Shown here piece after piece: positions 38,727-50,899 of a stretch of 64,000 nucleotides of DNA. Positions within the stretch are counted from its first letter, which is position 1; each line of letters opens with the position of its first letter. Below the pieces are notes generated by a model. The model did no database searches and was not told where the DNA came from. It saw nothing but the letters and a program-made list of their open reading frames with translations. The stretch is from Camelus ferus (lineage: Eukaryota): assembly GCF_009834535.1 (NCBI RefSeq), contig NC_045697.1, positions 86,306,001 to 86,370,000 of the forward strand. The letters are read 5' to 3'. Made by a program: the position numbers and the translations under genes.

Positions 38727-38890
38727 CTAAGGAAAATCTACATAACGTATTATCAGTTGGAAAAAAGAAATATCATCAGCATATCATACCTTGATAGTGG
38801 CCTCTCTTTAGAAACTTTTTGGTGTTTACTGACAGTATCTGCCCTGCTTACTGTACATACAGAGAATGCTTTAGAAACTCAACTACTCAC

Positions 38891-38934
38891 CTTTTCTGCT
38901 TCAAAACAGGATTTAACGGTAAGCTGACAATAAC
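38891..38934 (-). pseudogene. Pseudo-exon, 44 nt, phase 1-0 (GYCQLTVKSCFEAEK)
   Basis: gtctgtctttcag| ... AAG|gtgagt; consensus sites. Confidence 0.7.
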
Positions 38935-39544
38935 CTGAAAGACAGACTGGTGTTCTCAACAGGAAGCAGACCGTCAAAAGGATTTAAACAGGGGTAAGAT
39001 GGCCAATCTGAGCACTTTCCCAAATTACTGTGTTAGGCCGTGGTATCCATTATTTTCTTTTTCTGTATGAATTCTCAGAAAATTGACAGCCATATCCCAA
39101 TATAAATATATAAACTTATTAAAAACCCCAGTTAATTTTTGGATCACCCTAAATTTTGAAATAAGGCCAGTTCCACCCTCTTGGTGTCAGTGCTGATAGC
39201 CAAGAATTGATCTACTTTAGTGTTAGAAAACATGGTATGTAATTTCTTTCCCAAGTATTACACGGAATACTAAGACCAATCATCCATTAGGCTTCCATGT
39301 GCTATAATTTCTCAAGTATATTAATTATTAATGAATTTGTCAAGAAAAAAAGGCAAAACACACATACACTACAATAAGATCTCTAAGTCATAACAGCTAT
39401 AAGGCAATTTATTTCATTATCATCATTAATAATAAAAGCCTATTAGAAAGACACTGGGCTTGATTTTCTACTAAGCTATCAGGGAAATTTCTGCCAAGGT
39501 AGTAATTAATAGCAGAGAGAATCCGTATGACAGAGATTGTTTAC

Positions 39545-39583
39545 CTGCCTTAGTTAAACTTTGCGCCAGGTCATGAAGCCTTC
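39545..39583 (-). pseudogene. Pseudo-exon, 39 nt, phase 1-1 (GRLHDLAQSLTKA)
   Basis: ctttgtacatattag| ... CAG|gtaaac. Confidence 0.6.
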
Positions 39584-39629
39584 CTAATATGTACAAAGCG
39601 TCCTGTGATTTATCTACCACTACAGATTC

Positions 39630-40775
39630 TGTTTTTAGGTTTTAATTTTGAAATAATTTAAGATTTATAGAAAAGTTACAGAAATACTGCAAAGACAAAA
39701 AAATGTCTACATACCCTTTACCCAGATTCCTTACAAGTTAACATTTTACATTTACTTTATCAGTTTTTGTAAATAAAGATAGATGGGTAAAATCATGTTT
39801 TTTTAAACTGAAGTATAGTCAGTTACAATGTATCGATTTCTGATGTACAGCACAATTTCCCAGTCACCCGTGTACATACATATATTCATTTTCATATTGT
39901 TCACCACTTGAGAATAAGTTATAGACACAGTGCTCCTTTGTCCCTAAGTGCTTCAGTGTGTACCTCCTGGAACCAAGGGCATTCTCTGTATAAACCCAGT
40001 ACAGTTATCAAAATCAGGAAATTAACTTTGATACAGTTAAATTGGGAAATTAACTTTGATTTACAGATCTCATTCAAATTTTGTTTGTCTTACAAACATC
40101 CTTTATAGGAAAAGAAAAAAAAAAAGATCTGGTTTGAGAGTCAATGTAGGAGGCCAAATTGTGTTTGGTTTCCTTCCCTGTTTTGATCCCCTTTAACCTG
40201 AAATCTTCAGTCTAATGACTTGACACTTTTGAAGAGTCCAGGCCATTTATTTTGAGGAACATCCATTTGTAGATTCTGGCATTTCCTCATGATTAGATTC
40301 ACACTGTTTTGAGGTGCAGGAATACCACAGAGTGAGGTTTGGCCCCATCTCAGTGCATTATATCAAGGAGATACATGATACCTATCTGTCCAATTATGGA
40401 TATCAACCTTGAACTCTTAGTAAGGTAGTATCCACTGAGTTTTTCCATTGTAAATTTTCTATATTTTCTTTGTCTTGTGTGGAGTTACATTGAGACTATA
40501 TAGCATCCTCTTTCTCATCAAACTTTCAACCAGTCATTTCTTGCCAGAAACAATTGTTAATATAGAGATTGCCAAATGGTGATTTTCTAATTTCATCATT
40601 CCTTCTGCATATATTACTGTATGGAAGAGCCTTTCTCTCCTTGCACATTTATTTATCCGTTTACATTAGAAGCAGCAAGGACTCTTATTTTATTCAATGA
40701 CTTATAAACCATTATTATCATTGCTTATTCTGATGAATAAACTGTTCTAGTCTTGGCTAGTGGAAACCTTTCTGC
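39630..40775 (-). mobile_element. L1MC-like 3' region
   Basis: ttttgaaataatttaagatttatagaaaagttac; ttgccaaatggtgattttcta. Confidence 0.8.
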
Positions 40776-41699
40776 GACTTTTTGAGGTGAGCAATAAGGT
40801 CATCTAAACTACTTATAGTAATTCTGGCAGCACGTAAAGGGTGGCTCGGAAATATGAGATAGGAGTTGGAGATAAACTATGAGAAATGAGGGGAGCATTG
40901 GGTATGGAAATGATTGGATGGATTTTAGTATCTCTGGGGAGGGGAGTCAACAGGATTTGGAAACTGGGTGCAGAGGTAAAGGAAAAAGAGTTTTGGGTCT
41001 AGATAACTGGGAAGGCAGTGGTGCCACAGGCAGAAGCAGAGGATACAGAAGCAGAGGGGTTGCAATGAAGACAAGTTTAGCTTTCAACTTGTCGAGCTCA
41101 AGTCTACAAGGTTATATCCATGTGAAAATGCCCAGCACTTGAAAATAGAGACCCAGAGCTCAAAAGAGAAATAATCATAGAGGAGTAGACTTGGGAATTG
41201 TCAGAGACTGAGGCTTTGGAAGTTAATGAGCTCATGTAGTAGGAGGGTAAAGCCAAAACAGAAGTGAAGAGGGCCAATTTTAGGGGATGCCTACAATTAA
41301 CAAGTCAGTGGTGGAGTAAGGGAAACACACTACAGAAAGTAAGCCTATCAAAGAGCGCTTTTTGATATACCATTAAAACCTAGATAAAAAACAATTTCCA
41401 AAAGGATGGAGTAGTTCATGGAGCCAAATTCTGAGATTGAATAAAGGATGAGGCCCAAAACTTGACACAGTGTCATCTTTAAGAGATCGCAATAGATCAT
41501 TGTGGATAGAAACCAATTTACAGGTGAGTAAGGTGAGGTGAGGAACTAAAACAGTAAATATAATCTATAATTTTAAAATGTTTGGCTGTAAAAAGAAGAT
41601 AGTGTCTTGGATGAAGCAAGAGGAAGAGGATTTTTCTTAGGATGGAGAATGTAACCATTGTTTTAGTCTAAATGACATAAAAGGGCACAAGATCAAGAA

Positions 41700-42153
41700 T
41701 ACAAGGGTTTATATTTGGAAAGCAGAAAGATGGGTGGATGGATAGGTAGATAGGTAGATAGAAAGATAGAAAAGATTTAGTATACGAAATTAATTCATGT
41801 GATTATGGAGACTGAGAAAACCAAGACCTACAGTCAGCAAACTGGAAAGGAGACTCAAGAGAGCCAATGGTGTAAATTCTAGTCTGAGTTCAAAGGCAGA
41901 AGACTGGTGTTGCAGATCAAGGACAGTCAGGCAGAGGGAAAGAATTTTTTCTTACTCAGCCTTTTATTCTATTCAGGCCTTCAGTGGATGGATGAAGCCC
42001 ACCCACATTGGGGATGGCAATATGCTTTACTCAGTCAACTGACTCAGATGTTAATCTCATCCAGAAACACCCTCACAGAGACACCCAGAAATGTGTAACC
42101 AAACATTTGGGCACACTACGGTCCATCCAAGTTAACACATAAAATTAACTATT
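41700..42153 (-). mobile_element. MLT2 (ERVL) solo LTR
   Basis: atctcatccagaaacaccctcacagagacacccagaa...cataaaattaacta. Confidence 0.88.
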
Positions 42154-42327
42154 ATGGTTGTCGATTAAAAATCTGAGAGCATAAAGCTCTATGAATAAAA
42201 TATTTGAACAAGCAGCACTTTCTTAGACTCTTCCTATGAAGATAATTTCCTCTTAGGTGGCTTTAACACAGATGGAAATAAAAATTAGACTTGGATAATT
42301 TACACGTCTTCAGAATTACAAGGTTAC

Positions 42328-42355
42328 CTAAATAAGACCATTAATAAAGGCAAGA
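42328..42355 (-). pseudogene. Pseudo-exon, 28 nt, phase 0-1 (SCLY*WSYL)
   Basis: ctgtctttttcacag| ... TAG|gtaacc; one TAA. Confidence 0.6.
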
Positions 42356-43399
42356 CTGTGAAAAAGACAGTACTTCCCATAATACTCAGTGTCCTTAATG
42401 TATGTAAAAGACATGAAGAGTTCAGTGACAGGCAGCAACCTCCTGTGTCAGAAGAATCACCTCGGTTCTGATTATATGTCATCATCCATCAATGTATGAG
42501 CAAGTGGACAGAGACAAGAGACGTCCATTTTCAGCTACTAGGTTTTGACATTTTAAAATATATTCAATTTTTTTCTAACTCGCTGTTGGACTTTTAAATT
42601 TATTGCTCTAAACTCAGTCCTGTTAGGCAATTTTTATGTACTCAACAACTTTTGAGTAGTAGACAAGCAGGAACCATCAAACAGCTACCCTATGCCTTGT
42701 CCATGCTCTGTACAGGGTCATGTTCAAAGAAGCACAGCCCTAACCATCCCACCTCCGATCACTTCCCAAGTGTCGGATTTTTATGTTTTTAGCAAGTGGG
42801 TACAAAATTCATTTGAAACTCTCCTTTTGGAAAACGTTTAGTCTTCATTTAGAAAATTCTGTTTTCACGTGTTTTAAGTAGGCAGTTATGAGATTTTCTT
42901 AACAAGACAACAGTCACCTTATTTCTGGTTCTAAAGATAATGTAAGTGGTGATATTTCTTCATATCTGTTTTCAAAATGTCTCTGAGAAGTTCTTTTCTG
43001 ATTCATTTTTTTCAAACATCACGTTTCCTTTGGCACAGATGGATTAGACTTTTTTTTAAGTAAGTGCTACAGTCAGTATGATTAGATGTGGTTATTTTAA
43101 CCTCTTCAAGTGGCCCAGGGAAGCCTGTGCTACGAGTGAAGGATTTCTCTCTGACGTTTTGGTTTCATTCACTTGTGCTTGCTATATGGATTATTTCTAT
43201 CTTTGATCTGAGGCTTCTCTACATGAATATTTTTGTGGCCACCTGTCCATTTTATGAAGACTAGTTAAAACTAGAGGATACAATCTATAAAGCCACTCAT
43301 TTGGGCACACAGAAAACTAAACTTTGCATGTGCTGCAAACAAGTATGGGAGAATACCAAGTTGTAGCCTTTCTCCCTGCCCCTCCTCAAATGATCCTAC

Positions 43400-43559
43400 C
43401 CTCTCCTCAGGATATAACCTATACCAGACCTGACATAGAGCCATCTGACAGAGAACCAGAGACAATCTCCATGCTAAATGGTAGAATCGCTTATTGTTTT
43501 CATCCCCTGCCCCTCGCTGGGAATTTAGCTTCATCTTGGAGTCATTGGTGGATCGATCC
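43400..43559 (-). pseudogene. Pseudo-exon, 160 nt, phase 2-0 (DRSTNDSKMKLNSQRGAGDENNKRFYHLAWRLSLVLCQMALCQVWYRLYPEER)
   Basis: ttttccttggcctcacag| ... AGG|gtagga; frame open and lies within ORF 43271..43594. Confidence 0.6.
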
Positions 43560-43734
43560 CTGTGAGGCCAAGGAAAATTCCAACTATAAATCACAGCAGA
43601 GACACTTATCTGTCACACCCTTCAGAGTGAAGCAATATCAGGGCCAACAAGCCGTCCTTTGTCTAATGTTGCCATCCTCTCATAACTGATGCACGATTTT
43701 GCAGTGGAACCTCTGTCTCTTTATTCTGCCTTAC

Positions 43735-43748
43735 CCGGAGCTCTCTGC
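43735..43748 (-). pseudogene. Micro-exon, 14 nt, phase 0-2 (AESS)
   Basis: Long pyrimidine tract then ctatgtag| ... CGG|gtaagg; needed to bridge phase 0 to phase 2. Confidence 0.45.
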
Positions 43749-44087
43749 CTACATAGGAGTGGGTGGTAGGAAATAAGGGACTCAAGGAAAAGGGAAAAGA
43801 AAATCCTGTCCTACCACATCATCAAGGCCCAGCGTTTAGCATGTGCTCCACATTAAGTTGTCATAGTGATGTGCTGTTGACCTTTTTTGTGATCTTATTG
43901 AATGTTAGGTCCCTCTTAGTCTGTGGCAGGCACAGAATCAAATTTGGCCTGAAAGACCCCCCTCCAGCCCTGACATCCCTTGATGCTATGAATTTGCGTC
44001 CTTGGTGAACGCTGCCCCCGCTTGCCTGCAGTACTGTTCCTGGGTGACGTGCATGGGTCCAAGTCCTCACTTGCCCCCATGTCTCAC

Positions 44088-44129
44088 TCTATCTTTAGTG
44101 GAATACAATAAGCACTTCAAAAGATGAGC
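44088..44129 (-). pseudogene. Pseudo-exon, 42 nt, phase 0-0 (AHLLKCLLYSTKDR)
   Basis: tatccattttcag| ... AGA|gtgaga; alternative donor at 44071. Confidence 0.55.
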
Positions 44130-44626
44130 CTGAAAATGGATATTCGTGAGAATTAGAAACAAATCACTGCAGGGAACTAACAACATAAAAAGACTTCAGA
44201 CTGTGAGGAACTGAAGCAACAGTTCCTGTTGTGATGTACACAATGGACACAGCATGTGAGCAGCTATAAAAAACACTGGAGGAAAAGAAGTGTATCTATG
44301 AAAAACAACTTAAAAAATAACCACAGAGCTCTCAAATGCCTCATGTGCAGAGAGTGTAACTACTGCAGAAAAGTCTCAGGTCAAGAGAGGGAATCTGTAG
44401 CATACGTTTAAAGTTGGAGCCCAGAGTAAGCTTTGCAGGGCCTTGCCTGTCTCATGGTGTCCACAGATCCCTCTCAGTGAGACCAGAGGTCTTCTTGCTT
44501 CTGTCAACCCCCGAGAACTACATGGCCAAGGTTTCCACATCCATCCCAATGTCATTTAATTATAGAAAACTGGATGAGGAGGATGAGTAATCCAGACTGA
44601 GTCCTCCATCTAAAATAAGGCGTTTA

Positions 44627-44842
44627 GATTTGCAGATACTAACTAAGATACAAAAAATAGATAAACAACAAGTTTATATTGTATAGCACAGGGAACCATA
44701 CTCAATATCTTTATAGTAACCTATGGTGAAAAAGAATATGAAAACGAATATATGTATGTTCCTATATGATTGAAGCATTGTGCTATACACCAGAAATTGA
44801 CACAACATTGTAAACTGACTATACTTCAATAAAAATATATTA

Positions 44843-44870
<28 letters not shown>
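44627..44870 (+). mobile_element. Camelid L1 3' end with (TAAA)n tail
   Basis: Near-perfect TSD aataaggcgttta / aataaagcgttta. Confidence 0.9.
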
Positions 44871-44877
<7 letters not shown>

Positions 44878-45189
44878 AGCGTTTATTTCTAGACTAGTGT
44901 GTTAACAAAGTCAAAGTTGTGACATTATGCATAGGGGTGATTAATAAATCATTACATTGTTGCCATATTATTTTTCAAATGTAAACCTACATTGATATCC
45001 TAAAACAAGATTACTCTGAATTGAATGAAGAATGAAAATAAAAGTATAAGCCTAGAATCATCATTTAATATCATGTATGCCAATCCTTGCTATAAAGTGG
45101 CAGGGAACTTGGCTGAATTCCGTTCTTGTGTTTTGTGGAAGATAGAACTTGTGAGTGATGAATTTGGATATTTATCACAGGAGAGTTTT

Positions 45190-45329
45190 TAAAATTTTTA
45201 ATTAAAAAAAAATTGGGGGGGGGGAGGCAGTTAGGTTTACCTTTATTTTTTTAAAGAAGGTACTGGGGATTGAACCCAGGACCTTATGCATGCCAAGCAG
45301 GCACTCTACCACTGGGCTATAACCTCCCC
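45190..45329 (-). mobile_element. vic-1-type SINE inserted in a MaLR-internal fragment (about 45080-45380)
   Basis: ggggattgaacccaggacc...ctctaccactgggctata. Confidence 0.88.
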
Positions 45330-45567
45330 ACCATTACAGATAATTTCTAAGCAAAGTACTGAAGGTGGGGCTTGAGCTTCCTTTAAAAACAAATTAGTTA
45401 TATATGCCAAAAAGGGGTTATTTTAATTAATGATCACATTCCTCTTGGGAAAAACTTTTTTTAAAAGTCACATTTAACAGATAAATCTGATAGTGATCCA
45501 GAACTTCCTTTTGATATTGAAAGAATAGCTCTTCCCAATTGGCTAACTAATGAGAAGTTTATTACAC

Positions 45568-45996
45568 TGTGAGCTGGCCTTGAGATGAGTTAAGGCCGTG
45601 GGACCCAAGGCCACAGTCAGAGCCTTGAGATGAGTTAAGACTGTGGGACCCAAGGCCTCAACTACAGAACATGTTTGTAGTATGCAGTAAATAATTGCTC
45701 CATGCATGCGTCAATTATATAAGATTTAAAACAAAGAAAATAGAAGTACGCATGTGCTAGAGATATTCTGTAAGCCTAATGAACAAAGAAACTCAGACCA
45801 CGCATGTGCTGACAGAAAACAGGTAGAAGCAGGACAGGTGCATCATAGGTGCGCACCTCCCTGTGGCAATAAAGTGTTGTTAACCCCATGGTGTCTCCGG
45901 CTGAAGTCTGTCTGGCAGTATGGCAACTCCTCGTGCATTTTTTTCGTTTGGGCTGCTCACCTCCTAGAACCCCACGTCAGCCTCCCTCGGCTGACA
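45568..45996 (+). mobile_element. Lineage-specific solo LTR, 429 bp, family not recognised
   Basis: TG...CA ends; perfect 5-bp TSD TACAC (45563-45567, 45997-46001); AATAAA near 45868. Confidence 0.85.
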
Positions 45997-46159
45997 TACA
46001 CTTAGTCTGTTTTATAATCATTGTAATCATGACCTCTAGATTGTAAAGTCCTCGAGGGCAGTGCCTGCACATTTTGTTCAGTGATTTAACAACGTTCGGC
46101 TGTTACAGTATTAAATAAGCTGGTATAGTATTAAATAAGCAAGGAATTTTTATATCACT

Positions 46160-46490
46160 TAGAATGTTTTCAGCTGGATTTAGTAGAAAGCTCATCTCAA
46201 CCTGCTCAAGCATTAGAGATATGTATTATCTTACATAACAAGTAGTCCAGAGTTAAGGAAAGTTATCAAGTGTCTCAGTCACATTATCAAAGACCCACGT
46301 TCTTTCTTACTGTCCTCAGAATGTCAGCTTTTACTCAAAGGCCAGCTCCCTTCATGGTTGTAAGATGGCTACCAAGTCCCAGGCATCATGTGTAGATCAA
46401 AGTCTGATAGATAATGTGGCCATGTCTTCCCATGTATCTCTTTCTTAGAAAGAGAGGCATTTTTCCAGGAGTCTCTGTGTTACTACAAAC
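46160..46490 (-). mobile_element. Old MaLR LTR (MLT1J/K-like)
   Basis: cttcatggttgtaagatggct motif. Confidence 0.6.
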
Positions 46491-46676
46491 CAGCCAAATA
46501 TCAGCCCAGACTCAGGAATCTCAACACTTGGCAGCTGGGCTGAAAGAGGAATGGCCAAATGTAGTGTAGATCTGAATCACCTCAAGTCTGGATCTGCTTG
46601 AGACCATCACCATGGATTTGAGCACTTTTACGACAACTCAGCCCCGGGAGCTAGGGACAGTGAGCACTCTGCTTAC

Positions 46677-46826
46677 CAGTGTATCCCTCATGTTCCCTCG
46701 TCTGTTGAATGCACAGTACCTTTTTGGTTTTTACCAGTTTGCCATTTTTCTCCATTCTGTCATTCCTGGAATGCCTACGTTCCACCTGTTCCCAGGTGTC
46801 TTTGTTCACTGCTGAGTCCATGTTGC
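46677..46826 (-). pseudogene. Pseudo-exon, 150 nt, reading frame ambiguous
   Basis: caccattccag| ... CTG|gtaagc; phase-1 frame is open (NMDSAVNKDTWEQVERR...); phase-0 frame fits the next exon but has two stops. Confidence 0.5.
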
Positions 46827-47555
46827 CTGGAATGGTGCTGGCCAAGTAGGAGAGGCTCAGTGATTGGGTCACTGTGGCTTCCAAGAAAGAGGAGAAGTAG
46901 CTTATGCAGAGAAATGAAGTGAGGGGAAATCTGAAGGGACATCACTGGGATTCTGATGCTATCCTGAGGGAAGGCATTCCTTGTACGGAAATCGGCTCTA
47001 GAGGACAGCACCCCGGGGGGTCCCATTCTCTTCTCAAATGGCAAGATTGTGCAAGTCAAAGAGAATCTTAGATAGCCAGGTGTGGTAAGAAAAGGGCAGT
47101 GGGTGACTCATGCTTTTGCATTCGCCTCAGTTTTATCTGTAAACAACAGTCGGTTCTTTTTGACAGAGGAAGGAAATTGCCCAGCTCCTAGATAAAGCAG
47201 ACTGCCTTATTCTCGTCCCCAACCGTTTCCTCAGCTCTGCCAGTGTGAACAAGAACCCCTCCCCTACAACCCTAGCATGTGCTTCTCTTACTCCGTCCTC
47301 GCCAAGTGCACTTGTCCTTGGACTGACAACTTACTGAATCATGTATTGCTTTAATGCTTTTATTCTGCTCTATGTCCACATCCAACTGTCTCAGATTCTA
47401 AATCCCAGGAAAGCAAGAAATGAGTCTACATAGCTGTCATCTTAAACAGCCATGCAAACACTAGGTACAGTTATGCACTTGCACAGGGTTTTAAAAATGA
47501 TGGTGATGGACACTGAAATCTGAAGCATAAGGTCATAATAATAATCACTTCTCTA

Positions 47556-48065
47556 AACAGGGATTCTTTATCAGGGATTCATAAACTTGAGTGGGAAAAA
47601 AATTACATTTTTTTTACTATCTCTAACTGAAATCTATTAATTTCTGCAATTAATAATGCAGGGAACAAGTCCCAGAAGAATCAGCTGTACATGTGACTTT
47701 GTCTCCAATAGAGATGACAGATACTTTCACATCACATTACAGTTACTATAGCTAGTTCAAAATAATGTTTGCGCATCACTACTTTCAGAATGCCAGTGGA
47801 ATCCATATTTTACCAAAATGAAAAGATTTCAGTAGTTATTAGGCTTGCCACTAAATCTTGCTATTTGATGTGTTAATAGAGAAGTATATGCATTATAAAT
47901 TAGTTTTTTAAATATAGTTTGATAGCTATGTTTACTATCATTGAATATTTCCTTAGAAATTCTATGTATTCTGTTTTTCAAAACATATTTTGAGAAGCAG
48001 TTTATAAGCTTGGACTGTCAAAGTGTCCATGGCACACACACACCAGAAGGGAAGCTTCCCTTGAT
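47556..48065. mobile_element. Charlie4-like hAT DNA transposon
   Basis: gggaaaaaaattacat...tgtgactttgtctccaataga...gtccatggcaca. Confidence 0.75.
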
Positions 48066-48666
48066 CTAAGCAATGTGCTTTACATAACTATTGAATCCTT
48101 AAAATAACCTTGTGAGCTAGAGATTATCATTCACCATAGTACAGGTTATGACACCAACCCTTAGAGCGATTGGTAATGTACCCAAAGTCAAAACACACAC
48201 CCAAAAGGCAGCAAAGTAGGAATTAATCAGTTTAAGTCCAAAACCCATGCCTTAATCACCACACTATATCATATTTTCTGGGTATGGTGAGATTTGTATG
48301 CAAACAATTATCTTATTAATTAAGAGAGTGTTAATTTCTGGTGTGAAGGGAGAGCTTAAACATACTATCATCAGTATAAAAAATGACTTGTTATTACTGA
48401 GACTTAAAAGTTACATTTCAGATTACAGAAGTGATATAGGGATGAAGTGGTGGAACAAAGCAGGACCACAGAATCTTGCTCCTCTAATATCTAATTAAAT
48501 GAATTAAAAATCAGTCTAAGAGTCAGGCAGTAATACTCATCTCTTGTTATGTAGCAGATACTGGTCTAGGCTCTGGGGCTATGGCAGTAAAACCAGAGTC
48601 CCTGCTCTCATTTCACACCAGCCCCAAATTCGACCGGCAGCAAGTGAACAGGGAAAGAGGAATAAC

Positions 48667-48705
48667 CTCATGGAACAAGCTGGCTCTCCAGGAAAGAAGA
48701 TCCTG
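48667..48705 (-). pseudogene. Pseudo-exon, 39 nt (36 nt with the alternative NAGNAG acceptor), phase 2-2 (RIFFPGEPACSM)
   Basis: cctcattctag|CAG ... GAG|gttatt; weak donor. Confidence 0.4.
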
Positions 48706-48864
48706 CTAGAATGAGGTTCATTCAGACTCCAGACCCTGTGCCCACCCCCTAGAAGTAGTGCTCAGCACAGAGGATGAGGGTTCTCCTTAAATGGTGGCTG
48801 GAAGGTTGAGCAGGCAGGTCTGGGAAGTCCAAGAAAAGACCTGGTGACCTTGGCTCCTACGTAC

Positions 48865-48962
48865 CATCACAGGACCTCTAACTGGCACTGGGGTTCACCA
48901 TTTTTCAGGGCACAAAAAAATGCTTGAGTTGAGGTTTTTGCTGCTTCCTTTGACAAATATTT
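48865..48962 (-). pseudogene. Pseudo-exon, 98 nt, phase 0-2 (KYLSKEAAKTSTQAFFCALKNGEPQCQLEVL*)
   Basis: gtctgtgttttag| ... ATG|gtacgt; one TGA. Confidence 0.6.
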
Positions 48963-49061
48963 CTAAAACACAGACCCAAATGATAAGCCATTTATTCTAG
49001 GATCAGACAGCAGAGGTTTTAGGCTGGGGAAACAGGAAGTGCAAGAACAGATTTGAAGCAT

Positions 49062-49591
49062 ATGATGGTTAATTTTATGTATCAGCTTGGCTGGGCTCTT
49101 GGCTGGGCTGTAGTACCTGATTATTTAATCAGACACTAATTTACATGTTGCTGTGAAGGTATTTGGCAGATGTGATTAACATCTGCAATCACTTAACTTG
49201 AAGTAAAGGAGATTACCCTGGAAAACGTGGGTGGGTCTCATCCAAGCAGTTTGAAGTCTGGAAGAACAAAAACAGGTTTCCTAGGAAAGAAAGAATTTTG
49301 CCTCAAGACTACAGTATTAACTTCTGCTTATGTTTCCTGCCTGCCCTATGGATTTTGGACATGTCAGCTCAGTTGTATGAATCAGTTCCTTAAAATATAT
49401 ATGAACTGAGAGATTCAGAGACAGAGAAAGTAAGAGAAGTGTTAAAACATGTTTATAAATACATATACATACACAGACACACACTCCATCTGAGCATCAA
49501 CCCAGCACTTGAAGAACCCACCCTGTAAGAGTTGCTGCCAAGAGGTAGCATATCATATTGATTGTTTCTCTGCAGAACGCTGACTGATACA
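49062..49591 (+). mobile_element. MLT2D-like ERVL solo LTR
   Basis: tgatggttaattttatgtatcagcttggctgggc...gtttctctgcagaacgctgactgataca. Confidence 0.88.
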
Positions 49592-49704
49592 GAGGGTTTG
49601 AGGAACAGAAGGAAGGCCATTGTTCCTGGGGCACAGTGAAAGTGGAGTGGGGGTTGTTGTGGGACACAAGGAGCAGCCCACACAGGGACATGGTGGTGCA
49701 CACA

Positions 49705-50203
49705 GGTTAGTAAAAGAATTTACCAGAGATAAAGTATGGGAATAGAAAGGAGTCTATTAGGGTGCACTGTCATAGACAACAGAGGGTCACACAGATGTGA
49801 GGTGTCTGTATGAGCACCAAGGCGAAGAGCAAGGGAAAATTTCCATAGTTACGCTGCTGTAGGCAACAGCAGGCCACACAGGTGAGGGGTGCCTGCATGC
49901 ACACCAAGGGCCGGTTGATGGGGTGTTTTGTAAGGTCGGGTCACAAGGTGCCTGATCGGCTTGTGCACAAGTCTGACTGGTTGCAGGTGAGGTAGAAGTT
50001 TAGTGTCTGTGAAGGGTGGTGGGGTTTTGACTGATAAAGTAGGCTGAAACAAGCCAGCCTGAGCATTACCTAGGGCTATTAGTTTGTTAGGGGAAACATG
50101 CCCAGTAAAGAATGTTCTTTATCTGTTGAGGGATCACAGGCAGATATCTGAGAGCCCAGAAATGGGGGTTGTTGGACTTTGAAGGACATCAGTGGGCCCA
50201 ACA
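49705..50203 (-). mobile_element. Probable solo LTR, family uncertain
   Basis: Minus strand begins TGTTGG; LTR-like size and composition; 3' end degenerate. Confidence 0.5.
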
Positions 50204-50206
50204 GGG

Positions 50207-50742
50207 TGTTACCCCAAAAGGTAAAGACCTCTGTTCTTGTCATACCTCAAGGACAAGTTTACAGTCGGGAGATGGTACGTTGTGTAGTGAAAGGTTTTAA
50301 AAGATTTATTTAAGAAAAGGAAAAGTACATGTCCAAGGACCAGAGGCAGGCTGATGCAAGGGAGGAAAAGCAGTGGGTTTTGTCTCCCCTTTCTCTTACA
50401 CCCTCGCTTAGAGGTGGTCTATTGATAGATTGACGGCTCTTATCCCTGGAGTGCTTAGTCATGCTTAACCCCTTTGTGCGTGTCCTTACCCGTGGTGTAC
50501 ACAGAAAACCCAAAGGGGAAGCCTAAATTGCATTATAATACAATGAGCATTGGGTCCTGTCCGGTTAAGCCCTTTCTGCCACCATGCAGTCGTGGCGGTC
50601 ATATTCTAACCGGTTTCTTGCTGGCACTCATTGAGAAGTTAAGTCCCTTTATGCTGGAGGCGGGCATAACGCCATCTTCCGGACCATCCTCCCTCTCCTT
50701 CACCTATCTGCCCGGTGCCCCCACGTATCTAACTACCTAATA
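50207..50742 (-). mobile_element. ERV1-type solo LTR
   Basis: Minus strand starts tattaggtagttagata and ends caagaac...ggtaaca; internal AATAAA. Confidence 0.75.
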
Positions 50743-50899
50743 GCGTAATGGCTTGGTGGGAGAGTGATCTGCGATGACGAAAGGGAGGTAGGGAGCGGGG
50801 CCAGACTACCTCAGGCCTTGTAGATTCCACAAAACAGCAATCACAGGAGAGAGAATGAACAACAGGATAAGTGAGGAAAGAAATCAGACTTTTACAGGT

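Noticed and set aside
42328..42442. Signal-peptide-like MGSTVFFTVLPLLMVLF as a gene start
   Set aside because: It ends in phase 2 and hits a stop in the next exon. The hydrophobic look comes from the pyrimidine tract of the 28-nt exon, which fits the phase chain better.
46107..46140. Short direct repeats (agtattaaataagc x2; similar ones near 1672, 12520 and 55772)
   Set aside because: Ordinary slippage duplications with two units only; there is no CRISPR-like repeat-spacer array anywhere in the window.
48865..48920. CALKNGEPQCQLEVL resembling an NLRP-type leucine-rich repeat
   Set aside because: A single short match, with no repeating LRR pattern and no uniform 171-nt exons.
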